A DNA stretch of 32,000 nucleotides from Candidatus Harpocratesius repetitus (lineage in GTDB: Archaea; Asgardarchaeota; Lokiarchaeia; Sigyniarchaeales; Promethearchaeaceae), in NCBI GenBank assembly GCA_021498095.1, contig JAIZWK010000001.1, positions 3,930,001 through 3,962,000 on the forward strand, written 5' to 3'. Within the stretch, counting starts at the first letter, position 1. Each line of letters starts with the position of its first letter. The notes beneath the pieces were generated by a model that was given only the letters and a program-made list of their open reading frames with translations, was not told where the DNA came from and searched no databases. A program made the position numbers and the translations under genes. This document shows positions 17,082 through 26,436 of the stretch, piece by piece.

Positions 17082-18101
17082 TTATAAATTATTCACTACA
17101 ATATCTTCTAATGTAAAATCCCAATTTAATATTAAATCATGCCATTGAATGATGATCTTCCCATTGGTAACATCAATTGCAAGTTGATTCTGATCTAATT
17201 CATCTATCAGTCGAGAAGAAGTTAAAAAATCAGGTAACTCGTCTGTGAACGAAACTGATTTACTATTTTCTGAATTTGCATAAATACTAAACGGATTATC
17301 TGTCCAATTATACGAAATTGTTGAAAGATGAATATTTTTTTTAGGGCCTAATAACCCAACTCCATCAAAATCATCAAAATCTAAATCTCCTTGCACTGAT
17401 AGTAAATTAAAGGAGAAATTTAATGGATTGAAAATCTTAATGGTGTATTCCATGCTATATGTTAATGCATTTAAATCAATCTCGAAACTTTGAAATTCAA
17501 AATTCAACAGCTTTTTCGACTGTTGCTTTGAAGATAATACAAATTCTTGATCCAGATGAAAAGCTGGATATATGACACCAAACCCCCGCAACTTAAATTT
17601 TCCAATAACATGTAGAGTTACATTTTCACGTGACATAAAATGATTAATCATTTTGTTTATACCTATTTGATTAGAAATTCCAACTCTAACGGTTAAATTA
17701 AAACTTTTGATACTTGGTGTTAAATGCATTTTTCCAAATGGAAGCAATGGAAATGAAAGATCAGTAATTCGATCACCTTCATGATAAATTTCGAAATAAA
17801 TCAGTTTTATGGAGATATCTGGCATAGATTTATCAATTGGAAAAAATAAAGAGAAATTTAAATCAAGATATTCTTCAGTAGCTGAAATTAAATAAATATA
17901 ATTTAGCTTCATAGGATCTGATTCGGAATCGGGAGAATTACTATCAGAATTCATTTGATTATTAATAGTTGATTGAATAATTCCGTAAGATCCACCATAT
18001 AATATTCCTAAAAGAGTGATAGAAAGCAGTGGAAGATATACCTTCCTTTTTCGGAATTGAGTACTAATTTTATTGAAAAAATCTGAAGATACATTAATCA
18101 T
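17082..18101 (-). CDS. Hypothetical single-pass membrane protein with probable tandem LEA_2/WHy-like beta-sandwich domains
   Basis: Basic N-terminus and TM helix (VYLPLLSITLLGILYGGSYGII), then beta-rich alternating pattern including IKIFNPLNFSFNL. Confidence 0.55.
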   Translation of the reverse strand: MINVSSDFFNKISTQFRKRKVYLPLLSITLLGILYGGSYGIIQSTINNQMNSDSNSPDSESDPMKLNYIYLISATEEYLDLNFSLFFPIDKSMPDISIKLIYFEIYHEGDRITDLSFPLLPFGKMHLTPSIKSFNLTVRVGISNQIGINKMINHFMSRENVTLHVIGKFKLRGFGVIYPAFHLDQEFVLSSKQQSKKLLNFEFQSFEIDLNALTYSMEYTIKIFNPLNFSFNLLSVQGDLDFDDFDGVGLLGPKKNIHLSTISYNWTDNPFSIYANSENSKSVSFTDELPDFLTSSRLIDELDQNQLAIDVTNGKIIIQWHDLILNWDFTLEDIVVNNL

Positions 18102-18264
18102 TTATTTTGCACCAAGAGAATATTTGAAGAAGAAAGATAAAATTTTTCCTATTCATGAAAAACGAAAAAAATTTGAATACTACCTTCTTTTATTGTATTG
18201 GTATAGAATAAAAAAAATCTTTTATAGATTTGTAATTTTTGAAAAATAATTGGGTGTGGAATAA

Positions 18265-19725
18265 TTGGTTCTTGATAACTTGGGAAAGTCGCTGGACACT
18301 TTAATTCGAAAAATTCGTCGATTACCAGAAATTGACAAAGATACTATAAATGCCATTTTACAAGAACTTCAAAGGGCATTACTGATGGCAGATGTAAAAG
18401 TAGAACTCTGTTTACAAGTCACAGATGCAATCAAAAAACAAGCCATGGATCAGCATATAAATAAGCAAATTGATCGAAAAGAATTCATTATTAAGCTCCT
18501 TCATGATCAACTTATTGAAATCCTTGGTGGAAAAGAAGCTCCAAAACGCATCAAAACGGGAAAACAATCCGTAATCATGTTAGTAGGAATTCAAGGAAGC
18601 GGAAAAACTACTACAGTAGGTAAATTAGCAAATTATTATAAAAATAGAGGATTTAAAGTCGGAGCAATATGTACTGATACATGGCGACCTGGAGCATATG
18701 ATCAGTTAGCTCAGACTATGAATTCAATTGGAGTGCCACATTATGGTCTTCCTAAAGAGAAAAATGCCATAAAAATTGCCAAGAAAGGAATGAAGCACTT
18801 TCTTCAAGCAAAAGGAAAGGATAAACGGGATTTAATAATTGTAGATACAGCAGGCAGACATAAGCAAGAAGAAGATTTAATGCGAGAAATGGAAAAACTA
18901 GAGTCTGTAATTAAACCAAATGAAACACTGCTGGTGATAGATGGAACTTTAGGTCAACAAGCCTATTCTCAAGCCAAAGCATTTGCTGAAACAACACATG
19001 TAGGAAGTATTATAATTACTAAATTGGATGGTTCTGCCAAAGGTGGGGGTGCATTATCCGCAGCTGCAGCGGCTAAAGCACCAATTAAATTTATCGGTGT
19101 TGGAGAACGTGTTGATGATTTAGAACCATTTAATCCAACAAAATTTGTCGGAACTTTAATGGGTATTCCTGATATCGAAGGTTTATTAGAAAAAATTGAA
19201 GAACTTGGTTTGGATGAAGAAGACCAAGAAGATATGGCTAAAAGGATTAAGAAAGGAAAATTCACACTCACTGACATGTACGTTCAATTGCAATCCATTC
19301 AAAAAATGGGCGGCGTAAAAAAAATAATCGGAATGCTTGGAGGTCAAAACCTTCCGGATCAGTTTAAAATAGCAGCTTCAGCAAATATGGAAAAAATTAA
19401 AGTTATGCTCCAATCAATGACACAAGAAGAAAAAGATGACCCCATAATTATTAAAAAGACTCGGATCACACGTATTTCCAAAGGTAGTGGAACCACTTAT
19501 ACAGAAGTTAAAAAACTTTTAGACCAATGGCGGCAAATGAATAGGGTTATGAAAACAATGTTTGGAAAGAAAGTGAGAGGAAAGAAAGGTGCAGCTCAAA
19601 ATATTCCAGGTATGGGTGATTTGGGTGATTTATCCGGAGGCATTCCAAAAGGTATGGATATTAACCAGCTTCAACAAATGATGGCGCAGGGTCAAAAAAA
19701 GAAACGAAAGAAATATCTCTGGTAA
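18265..19725 (+). CDS. srp54: Signal recognition particle 54 kDa protein
   Basis: MVLDNLG (TTG start), GIQGSGKTT, DTWRPGA, DTAGRH, TKLDGSAKGGGALS, GVGE, M-domain RITRISKGSG. Confidence 0.97.
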   Translation: MVLDNLGKSLDTLIRKIRRLPEIDKDTINAILQELQRALLMADVKVELCLQVTDAIKKQAMDQHINKQIDRKEFIIKLLHDQLIEILGGKEAPKRIKTGKQSVIMLVGIQGSGKTTTVGKLANYYKNRGFKVGAICTDTWRPGAYDQLAQTMNSIGVPHYGLPKEKNAIKIAKKGMKHFLQAKGKDKRDLIIVDTAGRHKQEEDLMREMEKLESVIKPNETLLVIDGTLGQQAYSQAKAFAETTHVGSIIITKLDGSAKGGGALSAAAAAKAPIKFIGVGERVDDLEPFNPTKFVGTLMGIPDIEGLLEKIEELGLDEEDQEDMAKRIKKGKFTLTDMYVQLQSIQKMGGVKKIIGMLGGQNLPDQFKIAASANMEKIKVMLQSMTQEEKDDPIIIKKTRITRISKGSGTTYTEVKKLLDQWRQMNRVMKTMFGKKVRGKKGAAQNIPGMGDLGDLSGGIPKGMDINQLQQMMAQGQKKKRKKYLW

Positions 19726-19755
19726 CATAATATTGATCACTGAATTGAAGTAGGG

Positions 19756-21294
19756 ATGAAAATGAATGCTCAACAAAATCGAATTGTTTTGAATAATGCC
19801 AGAATATTTACGAATAACACACTCATTTTGGGCCATCTAATTATAGAAGGAAACAAAATTCAATCCATTCATGAAGGTTCATTTTCCAATCTGGGTAATG
19901 AACAAAATGATCAAGATAATAGCAATAATATTAAGATTAAAATATTCGATTTAGAAAATGCTTTAGTACTTCCTGGATTTATTGACATGCACGTCCATTT
20001 TAGAGATTTTGAACAATCAAGTAAAGAAACTCTTGAAACTGGATCAAAAGGAGCACTTTTTGGAGGAGTAACTACCGTTATTACAATGCCAAATACTAAT
20101 CCACCGTTGTCATCTCTTAAGTCCATAGAAAGTTTCCAAAAAAAGCTGAACAACACTCCTATCTATTGTAATATTGGAATTTATTCGGGTATTAAACAGG
20201 ATTTCAATCCTTCTGAACTGCCAGTAATGAAAAAAAAAGGGATTTTTGGAGTTAAGGTTTATCCAGGAGATTTTTCAGATAATCTTCCCTTAAAATGGGA
20301 AGATGGTTGGCGTAGCGATATGTATCCAGGTGAATTCACCCAAAAAATTTCTCAAATATTAGATAATTTTCAACAAAAATATGATTATTGGAGACAACTT
20401 TTCAAATTATGTAAAGAGAACAATGTCCCAATTCTTTTTCATCCAGAATTACCACGAGATCAAAAATCTTTGAAGAAAATTTACGAACAAGGATTAAAAA
20501 TCGCAGAGATTGAGAATTCTCCAAATTCACATTTATTTGCTCATCATGTATCACATCCAGTTTATACAAATGAATTGGGTTTTGTGGAAATGATTATTGC
20601 ATTCTTGTATCAATTTTTTCCAGAACCTAAAGATGCACCCCATGTCCATTTTGTACATGTCTCAAGTGCTGAAGTTATCGAGGTAATCCAAGAAATGCTG
20701 AAAAAGAAGGAATATCCTTGTTCAATTGAAGTTTCACCCCATCATCTCCTTTTAAATTATGATATGAAATTTCCCTCCGAAAATTACGCAAAAGTGCTTG
20801 TTCCACTTCGATCTCCTGAAATTCAGCAGCAGCTAAAGAAAGAATGGCAAAGCGGAAAAGCAGATGTGATAGGAACCGATCATGCACCCCATACATATAA
20901 AGAAAAATCACAAGATTTTTTTTCAATTCCATCAGGATTTCCTTCAATTGATTTTGCAAGTCGGATTTTACTTTCTCAAGTGTTCCAAGGAGAGATCTCC
21001 TTAGCACAATTAGTTGAGATGTATTCAACTCACCCAGCTAAACTCCTAAATTTGCCCCACAAAGGCAAAATTGCCCCCGATATGGATGCAGATTTGATTG
21101 TGGTACATCAAACAGAGCCTTATCGATTAAACCATACTCGGATGAAAAGTAAACAAAAATGGACTCCATGGGAATCATATCAAGTATCAGCAGAAATTGA
21201 CTATGTTTTTTTGGGAGGTAAACTTGCTTTTGAGCGTAATTCGGGTATTTTTACACCATTCGGTACTTTTTTAAATCGAGACTCCGAATTATAA
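19756..21294 (+). CDS. pyrC: Dihydroorotase-family amidohydrolase
   Basis: PGFIDMHVHFRD, GGVTTVITMPNT, GVKVY, FHPE, HVS, EVSPHHL, TDHAPH. Confidence 0.75.
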   Translation: MKMNAQQNRIVLNNARIFTNNTLILGHLIIEGNKIQSIHEGSFSNLGNEQNDQDNSNNIKIKIFDLENALVLPGFIDMHVHFRDFEQSSKETLETGSKGALFGGVTTVITMPNTNPPLSSLKSIESFQKKLNNTPIYCNIGIYSGIKQDFNPSELPVMKKKGIFGVKVYPGDFSDNLPLKWEDGWRSDMYPGEFTQKISQILDNFQQKYDYWRQLFKLCKENNVPILFHPELPRDQKSLKKIYEQGLKIAEIENSPNSHLFAHHVSHPVYTNELGFVEMIIAFLYQFFPEPKDAPHVHFVHVSSAEVIEVIQEMLKKKEYPCSIEVSPHHLLLNYDMKFPSENYAKVLVPLRSPEIQQQLKKEWQSGKADVIGTDHAPHTYKEKSQDFFSIPSGFPSIDFASRILLSQVFQGEISLAQLVEMYSTHPAKLLNLPHKGKIAPDMDADLIVVHQTEPYRLNHTRMKSKQKWTPWESYQVSAEIDYVFLGGKLAFERNSGIFTPFGTFLNRDSEL

Positions 21295-21305
21295 GGTGAT
21301 AAAAA

Positions 21306-21932
21306 ATGGAAATCACTTTAGCTGATGGTCAAAAATTAGTAGCTTTTGCACGTAATAATATTGAATATTACCTCAAAACTAAGAAAAATATCGATATACC
21401 TAATGATATTCGTAATAAATATGCAGACAAGGCTGGAGCTTTTGTCACCCTAAATAAATATCCAAAACGAGACAATGCTCTTCGAGGTTGTATTGGTTAT
21501 ATTCTTCCTTATTATCCACTTTGGGAAACCATTTCAAAAGTATCTCTCTCTGCAGCTTTAGATGATCCCAGATTTCCTCCTGTGAAATTATCAGAAATGG
21601 ATCATTTGGTTGTAGAAGTTTCTGTTTTAACGGTTCCTGAAGAGATATCAGTTGAAAAACCTGAAGATTACGAACAGCATATCAAAATTGGACGAGATGG
21701 CTTGATTATAACTCGTGGTTGGCGTCGAGGATTATTATTACCTCAAGTTCCAATTGAATATGGAAGAAATTGGGATGTATTTACATTTCTGGGTCATACA
21801 TGTATGAAAGCTGGATTACAACCCGAAGCTTGGCGTGATATCAAAAAAACTAAAGTAGAGAGATTCACAGCAATTATTTTTGAAGAAGAATCCCCACGAG
21901 GTAAAGTTGTGCAGAAGAAAATCGGTGAATAA
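21306..21932 (+). CDS. AMMECR1-domain protein (TIGR00296-like)
   Basis: GAFVTL, LRGCIG, DPRFPP, EVSVLT, IGRDGL, GLLLPQV; GGTGA SD upstream. Confidence 0.93.
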   Translation: MEITLADGQKLVAFARNNIEYYLKTKKNIDIPNDIRNKYADKAGAFVTLNKYPKRDNALRGCIGYILPYYPLWETISKVSLSAALDDPRFPPVKLSEMDHLVVEVSVLTVPEEISVEKPEDYEQHIKIGRDGLIITRGWRRGLLLPQVPIEYGRNWDVFTFLGHTCMKAGLQPEAWRDIKKTKVERFTAIIFEEESPRGKVVQKKIGE

Positions 21933-22099
21933 AATTTGTTAAATTCCACAAATTACATAATGATTTTTTAAAAAATAAGAACTAAGTTGAAAAAAGAACA
22001 GAATTTATTCAAATTAGTAGATTTCTACACGGAAAACCAGAATTATTTTTTATTTCTTATTTCTATTAACAAATAAAGCATTAATAGTACGGAGATTCA

Positions 22100-23824
22100 A
22101 TGATATCTACAGCATTTCCTCAACAGACAAATATTTTAGAGCCGTTTTTCGATATAATTTTAATATCGGGAGAAAAATGGGCAGATCACCCTCATTCAGG
22201 GATTGGAATAATTGCACGAGTTTTAGAAATTGAAGGATATACAGTTGGAATTATTGAAAAACCGGATTGGCGAACTACAACTTCTTTTTTGAAATTGGGT
22301 TTACCTAAGCTTTTCTTTGGAATTTCTTCAGGAAGTATTGATAGCATGCTTCAAAACTATACACCCCTCAAAAAGAAAAGAGCAGAAGATCCTTATCATC
22401 CATTTCAATCAAACATTCCTGATCGTGCAACAATAGTATATGCCCAAAAGTTAAAACAAGCAATAAAATCAACGGAAGAAGGTCGTAAGCGTAAAATACC
22501 AATTGTTTTAGGAGGTGTAGAGGCATCACTTAGAAGATTTTCCCATTATGATTATTGGGACAATAAAATTAGAAGATCCATTCTCTTTGATGCAAAAGCA
22601 GATATTTTGGTATATGGACCTGGAGAATTTCAAATTGTTCAAATTGCACACAGAATTAGTAAAAACCAATCATTAATCGGAATTGAAGGAACTTTAATAG
22701 CAGTTTCGCAAAAAGAGAGCAAAATAATTGAAGAAGAAACAGAAAACTTGGAGGTTCTTCCATCCCATGAAGAAGTTTGTACGGATAAATTTCGATTCTG
22801 TGATATGCAACTAATGTTCTCTAATTCTAAAAATCTTCTTCAAAAAGTGGATAATCGGGCAGTAATTCAATTTCGCATGCATCAATATACCACAGAAGAA
22901 CTGGATAGAATATACAACCTGCCTTTCACATATAACATACCTTCTGATTTTCCTGAATTGCAAATGGCAAAATTTTCCATTATAACTCATAGAGGATGTA
23001 TTGGAGAATGTAATTTTTGTGCGATTGCTCTTCATCAAGGTACCAAGATTATTTCCCGTAGTAAAGAAAGTATCTTATCTGAAATTGAATTAATGACACA
23101 TTTACCTGATTTTCACGGATATATCAGCGATTTAGGTGGCCCCTCAGCAAATATGTATGGAATGGATTGTTCAAACCGAGATTCTTGCTTACAGCATTGT
23201 ATAAACTGTCCTATTTTGGATCGAACACATCAAAAAGCGCTTGATTTGTTGAAAGAATCCAGAAAAATACCTGGAATAAAAAAAGTGTTTGTGCGGAGTG
23301 GTGTACGCTATGATATGATAATGGATCATGAAGAATATATGAAAGAATTAATCACCTACCATATTTCTGGGCATTTAAAAATTGCTCCAGAACATTTCTC
23401 ACCTCGTGTTTATCGCTTAATGAATAAAGATAATTCTCGATTTTCAGAATTTTTCAAGAAATTTCACCAACTTAATCCTAATCCAAAGCAGGGATTAAAA
23501 TATTATTTCATTACTGCTCATCCAGGTAGTACCATGGAAGATGCTCAATTGTTACGAAATAAAATCCGTAATTTGGGAGAAAAAAACACAGAATCAATCC
23601 AAATTTTCACGCCCACTCCAATGTCGGTATCCACTTGCATGTACTACACGGGCCTTAACCCATATACAAAAGAATCTATTTATGTTCCGTATACATATCG
23701 AGAAAAAAAAGAACAAAAAAACATTCTATTCAACGATCGTTCATCTTCTAACATAAAGCAGCACTTGAATTCTAAAATTAAGGAAAAAAAAAAGAGAAAA
23801 AGCAGAATTAAAAAAAAATTATGA
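22100..23824 (+). CDS. YgiQ/UPF0313-family radical SAM protein
   Basis: DHPHSG, GGVEASLRRFSHYDYW, RGCIGECNFC (CxxxCxxC), DLGGPSANMYG, SGVRYD, LKIAPEH, YFITAHPG, FTPTPMS. Confidence 0.93.
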   Translation: MISTAFPQQTNILEPFFDIILISGEKWADHPHSGIGIIARVLEIEGYTVGIIEKPDWRTTTSFLKLGLPKLFFGISSGSIDSMLQNYTPLKKKRAEDPYHPFQSNIPDRATIVYAQKLKQAIKSTEEGRKRKIPIVLGGVEASLRRFSHYDYWDNKIRRSILFDAKADILVYGPGEFQIVQIAHRISKNQSLIGIEGTLIAVSQKESKIIEEETENLEVLPSHEEVCTDKFRFCDMQLMFSNSKNLLQKVDNRAVIQFRMHQYTTEELDRIYNLPFTYNIPSDFPELQMAKFSIITHRGCIGECNFCAIALHQGTKIISRSKESILSEIELMTHLPDFHGYISDLGGPSANMYGMDCSNRDSCLQHCINCPILDRTHQKALDLLKESRKIPGIKKVFVRSGVRYDMIMDHEEYMKELITYHISGHLKIAPEHFSPRVYRLMNKDNSRFSEFFKKFHQLNPNPKQGLKYYFITAHPGSTMEDAQLLRNKIRNLGEKNTESIQIFTPTPMSVSTCMYYTGLNPYTKESIYVPYTYREKKEQKNILFNDRSSSNIKQHLNSKIKEKKKRKSRIKKKL

Positions 23825-23875
23825 AAATAAAAGAATTAAAAGAGATGAAATACACTTAGATATACTGATCAATTC

Positions 23876-24742
23876 ATGAATTATCCAAACGCTCCTTTTC
23901 CAATTCCTAAATCGATACTTCTACAAAAATTGCGTGGATTTCTTAATGAAGATATCGGATTTGGAGATATTACCAGTAGTATGATCCCTGTTCAAGAACA
24001 AGGATCTGCAAAAATTAAAGCAAAATCTTCCGGAATTCTTGCTGGAATGGAAGAAGCACAATTACTTTTTGAAGATAATAATATTAAAGTCACTTCCCTA
24101 ACTCAAGATGGAAATGAAGTCAATAAAGATGAGATAATTATGGAATTACAAGGAAATCTTCGCACCATCTTGATGGTTGAACGCACTGCATTGAATTTTT
24201 TAATGAAACTTTCATCCATTGCCAGCAGCACAAATGATGTTATTACTAAACTTAGAAAAGAAAATCTTACAACTATAATTGCCGCCACAAGAAAAACAAC
24301 ACCTGGATTTACCTATTTCGAAAAAAAAGCCGTTTTTTTGGGGGGTGGCGATGTACATCGATGGAATCTATCCGATATGATTCTTTTAAAAAATACTCAT
24401 CTAAAATATTATCAAGGAGATATTGCCAAATTACTTACTAAAACTAAGGAACAAACAAGTTTTAGCAAAAAAATCGAAATTGAAATTGAAAATCCAAAAA
24501 ATATTCCCTTAGCCATTCAGCACGGAGCAGACATTATTATGTTGGATAATATGACACCAGATCAAATACGTAAAACACTTTCTGACTTATCTCCTTCAAA
24601 ACATATAATATTTGAAGCATCGGGAAATATTAATACTAAAAATATTCTCGAATATGCACAAGCTGGAGTTGATGTTATCAGCACATCTTCATTAATATTT
24701 CACCCTCATAAAATTATGGATTTTTCATTACGCTTAGTATAA
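23876..24742 (+). CDS. nadC: Nicotinate-nucleotide pyrophosphorylase (carboxylating)
   Basis: EDIGFGDITS, ERTALNFL, ATRKTTPG, HRWNLSD, IMLDN, EASGNI. Confidence 0.95.
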   Translation: MNYPNAPFPIPKSILLQKLRGFLNEDIGFGDITSSMIPVQEQGSAKIKAKSSGILAGMEEAQLLFEDNNIKVTSLTQDGNEVNKDEIIMELQGNLRTILMVERTALNFLMKLSSIASSTNDVITKLRKENLTTIIAATRKTTPGFTYFEKKAVFLGGGDVHRWNLSDMILLKNTHLKYYQGDIAKLLTKTKEQTSFSKKIEIEIENPKNIPLAIQHGADIIMLDNMTPDQIRKTLSDLSPSKHIIFEASGNINTKNILEYAQAGVDVISTSSLIFHPHKIMDFSLRLV

Positions 24743-24747
24743 TTATT

Positions 24748-25152
24748 TCACTCTGATTTTTCAGGAATTACTAAATAGGTTATTGTAGATTTATATAACC
24801 TATCACCGCTAATTTCTCTGTAAAAATCATTTATATCTCGAGAATTCCCTGAAAGTAATAGAGTTTTAATTATTCGAGTCCTTAAATGATACTGAGAAAT
24901 AGATTTAATCAGTTCATCATACTGCTGAACGATTGCAGAAAATTTTGTCGCTATATCCTCACGTGCTTCATAATGTGCGGTAACTACGGCTATTTGGTGC
25001 CCTAAAATAGGAAGATCTTTTGTGTGAGAACTTAAAAACTCCAAAATTATACTTCGAAGCAATTCACTTCTTGAAGAAAATCCTAACTTTTCTTGAATAA
25101 TATCAAGATTTTTCTGTAATTCTGCACTTACTTGGAGAGAGATCATCGGCAT
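24748..25152 (-). CDS. NikR-like ribbon-helix-helix regulator with C-terminal ACT-like domain
   Basis: ISLQVSAEL...LGFSSRSELLR is an RHH signature; C-terminal domain follows the NikR topology but the Ni ligands are degenerate. Confidence 0.78.
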   Translation of the reverse strand: MPMISLQVSAELQKNLDIIQEKLGFSSRSELLRSIILEFLSSHTKDLPILGHQIAVVTAHYEAREDIATKFSAIVQQYDELIKSISQYHLRTRIIKTLLLSGNSRDINDFYREISGDRLYKSTITYLVIPEKSE

Positions 25153-25264
25153 GATTTATTCACTGCTAGATCGATTAGCTTTCTAATAATATATTCTTTG
25201 CTATCCTAAATAAGAAGTTAAAAAAATCGATCAAAATATTGATTTTTATTTATCTTCTAACAAT

Positions 25265-25651
25265 TTAAAGAAGCTTCAAATGAGAAGTTAATTTGTCAAT
25301 TTCTCTAGCAAACGCTGGACCAATTGCAACTGCAGTTTTCGATCCAGGAGGAATCTGAGTTAATCCAGCATCTTGAATTAAACTGCATGGTAAAGATGCC
25401 CTTTTTGCTTGATTGTAAAGTAAAAGCAGTTCTTCTTCACTAGAGACCTTTAATACAACCTTTTTCTGTCCTTCCTGCTTCCAACCTGAATAAATGCTAG
25501 GATGATTTTTTTGAGCCGATTCTACCGCAACAACAGAGGCGTGACATCCTTGAGCTACTTTCTTTCCTGTTGACATTTTCAAATCTGTTCGAAGAATTAT
25601 TGCTTGTTTGTATTTATGTAATCCGTTTGTTTGACTATTCATCAGTATCAT
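25265..25651 (-). CDS. pth2: Peptidyl-tRNA hydrolase Pth2 (archaeal/eukaryotic type)
   Basis: KQAIILRTDLKMSTGKKVAQGCHA, GQKKVVLKV, DAGLTQI, AIGP, LKLL. Confidence 0.95.
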   Translation of the reverse strand: MILMNSQTNGLHKYKQAIILRTDLKMSTGKKVAQGCHASVVAVESAQKNHPSIYSGWKQEGQKKVVLKVSSEEELLLLYNQAKRASLPCSLIQDAGLTQIPPGSKTAVAIGPAFAREIDKLTSHLKLL

Positions 25652-25840
25652 TAACGCTCCATCAATTGATATAATAAAAATAATAATGACTATATTTCAT
25701 TTTATTTTTTAACCTTAAAAGTCGAAAAAAATCCTATGCCGAAAAATCAAACCTTTATGATAATTATTACTTGCAACGATATCTAAAGCAATAATGCTCG
25801 GGTTGATTTTGCATAGTATTATGTGATGATCAGAGTATGA

Positions 25841-26038
25841 TTATAATTCGATACGTTCAACTTCAATTTGTTTTAAGATTTCTTCAGCTTTGGCAGAATC
25901 TGTCTTCAAAGTATATAATTTAGTTGGAGTACGTAATTTAAGCTTAACATGCTCGCCTGATTTTTTGATTCGACATTCTGTCGCCCGAGTCTTAGCAATT
26001 TCTAAGAATTTTTCTATATCATAAATTTCTTCTGGCAT
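25841..26038 (-). CDS. rpl38e: 50S ribosomal protein L38e (eL38)
   Basis: MPEEIYDIEKFLEIA...VKLKLRT...LYTL pattern matches eL38; GAGGT SD upstream. Confidence 0.85.
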   Translation of the reverse strand: MPEEIYDIEKFLEIAKTRATECRIKKSGEHVKLKLRTPTKLYTLKTDSAKAEEILKQIEVERIEL

Positions 26039-26092
26039 TATTTTTACCTCGATTTATTATTTTCCGGTTTCTCCATCTATAGATTATTTGCC

Positions 26093-26248
26093 TTATCGCT
26101 CTCTACGCTTAGGTCTGAGATCACGAGAATGACATTTACGACATTTTTTAGCTCTAAATGGATTCTTAGCACCACACTTGCGGCAAATGTATACATATAG
26201 ATGATAATGGTCTGCGACTTTTCGCAAATAAGGATCAGTAACTGGCAT
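26093..26248 (-). CDS. rpl40e: 50S ribosomal protein L40e (eL40), not in the ORF track
   Basis: Manual translation: [51 protein letters not shown] (51 aa), with the eL40 C4 zinc finger [16 protein letters not shown]. Confidence 0.95.
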   Translation of the reverse strand: MPVTDPYLRKVADHYHLYVYICRKCGAKNPFRAKKCRKCHSRDLRPKRRER

Positions 26249-26436
26249 TTTCGATTCGCTATCCTTTTTTCAATTAAACAATAAGAAATTGAAAGTTTCA
26301 TTGATTAAAATTTTTTTGATTCGAAGGATTTCCATTATTCAGCAGCTTTTAAGGTGATCAATTTGAAGATGTATTTGTGGCAAAGATGAAAGATTTGATT
26401 CTTAAGCTAAAAGTAATGAAAAAATAAAGAGAATTA

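Noticed and set aside
591-23756. Short antisense or nested ORFs in the track (591, 2001, 5216, 8645, 9188, 10090, 10791, 12448, 15571, 16466, 18969, 19630, 19911, 20675, 22811, 23541)
   Set aside because: All overlap well-supported genes, have shadow-ORF composition and lack motifs or SD sites.
25815-25900. GTGATGA resembling a C/D sRNA C box
   Set aside because: No CTGA D box at a suitable distance on the same strand.
26077-26301. 74-aa ORF from the track
   Set aside because: Wrong frame; it overlaps the real eL40 gene (26093-26248) and has no recognisable motif.
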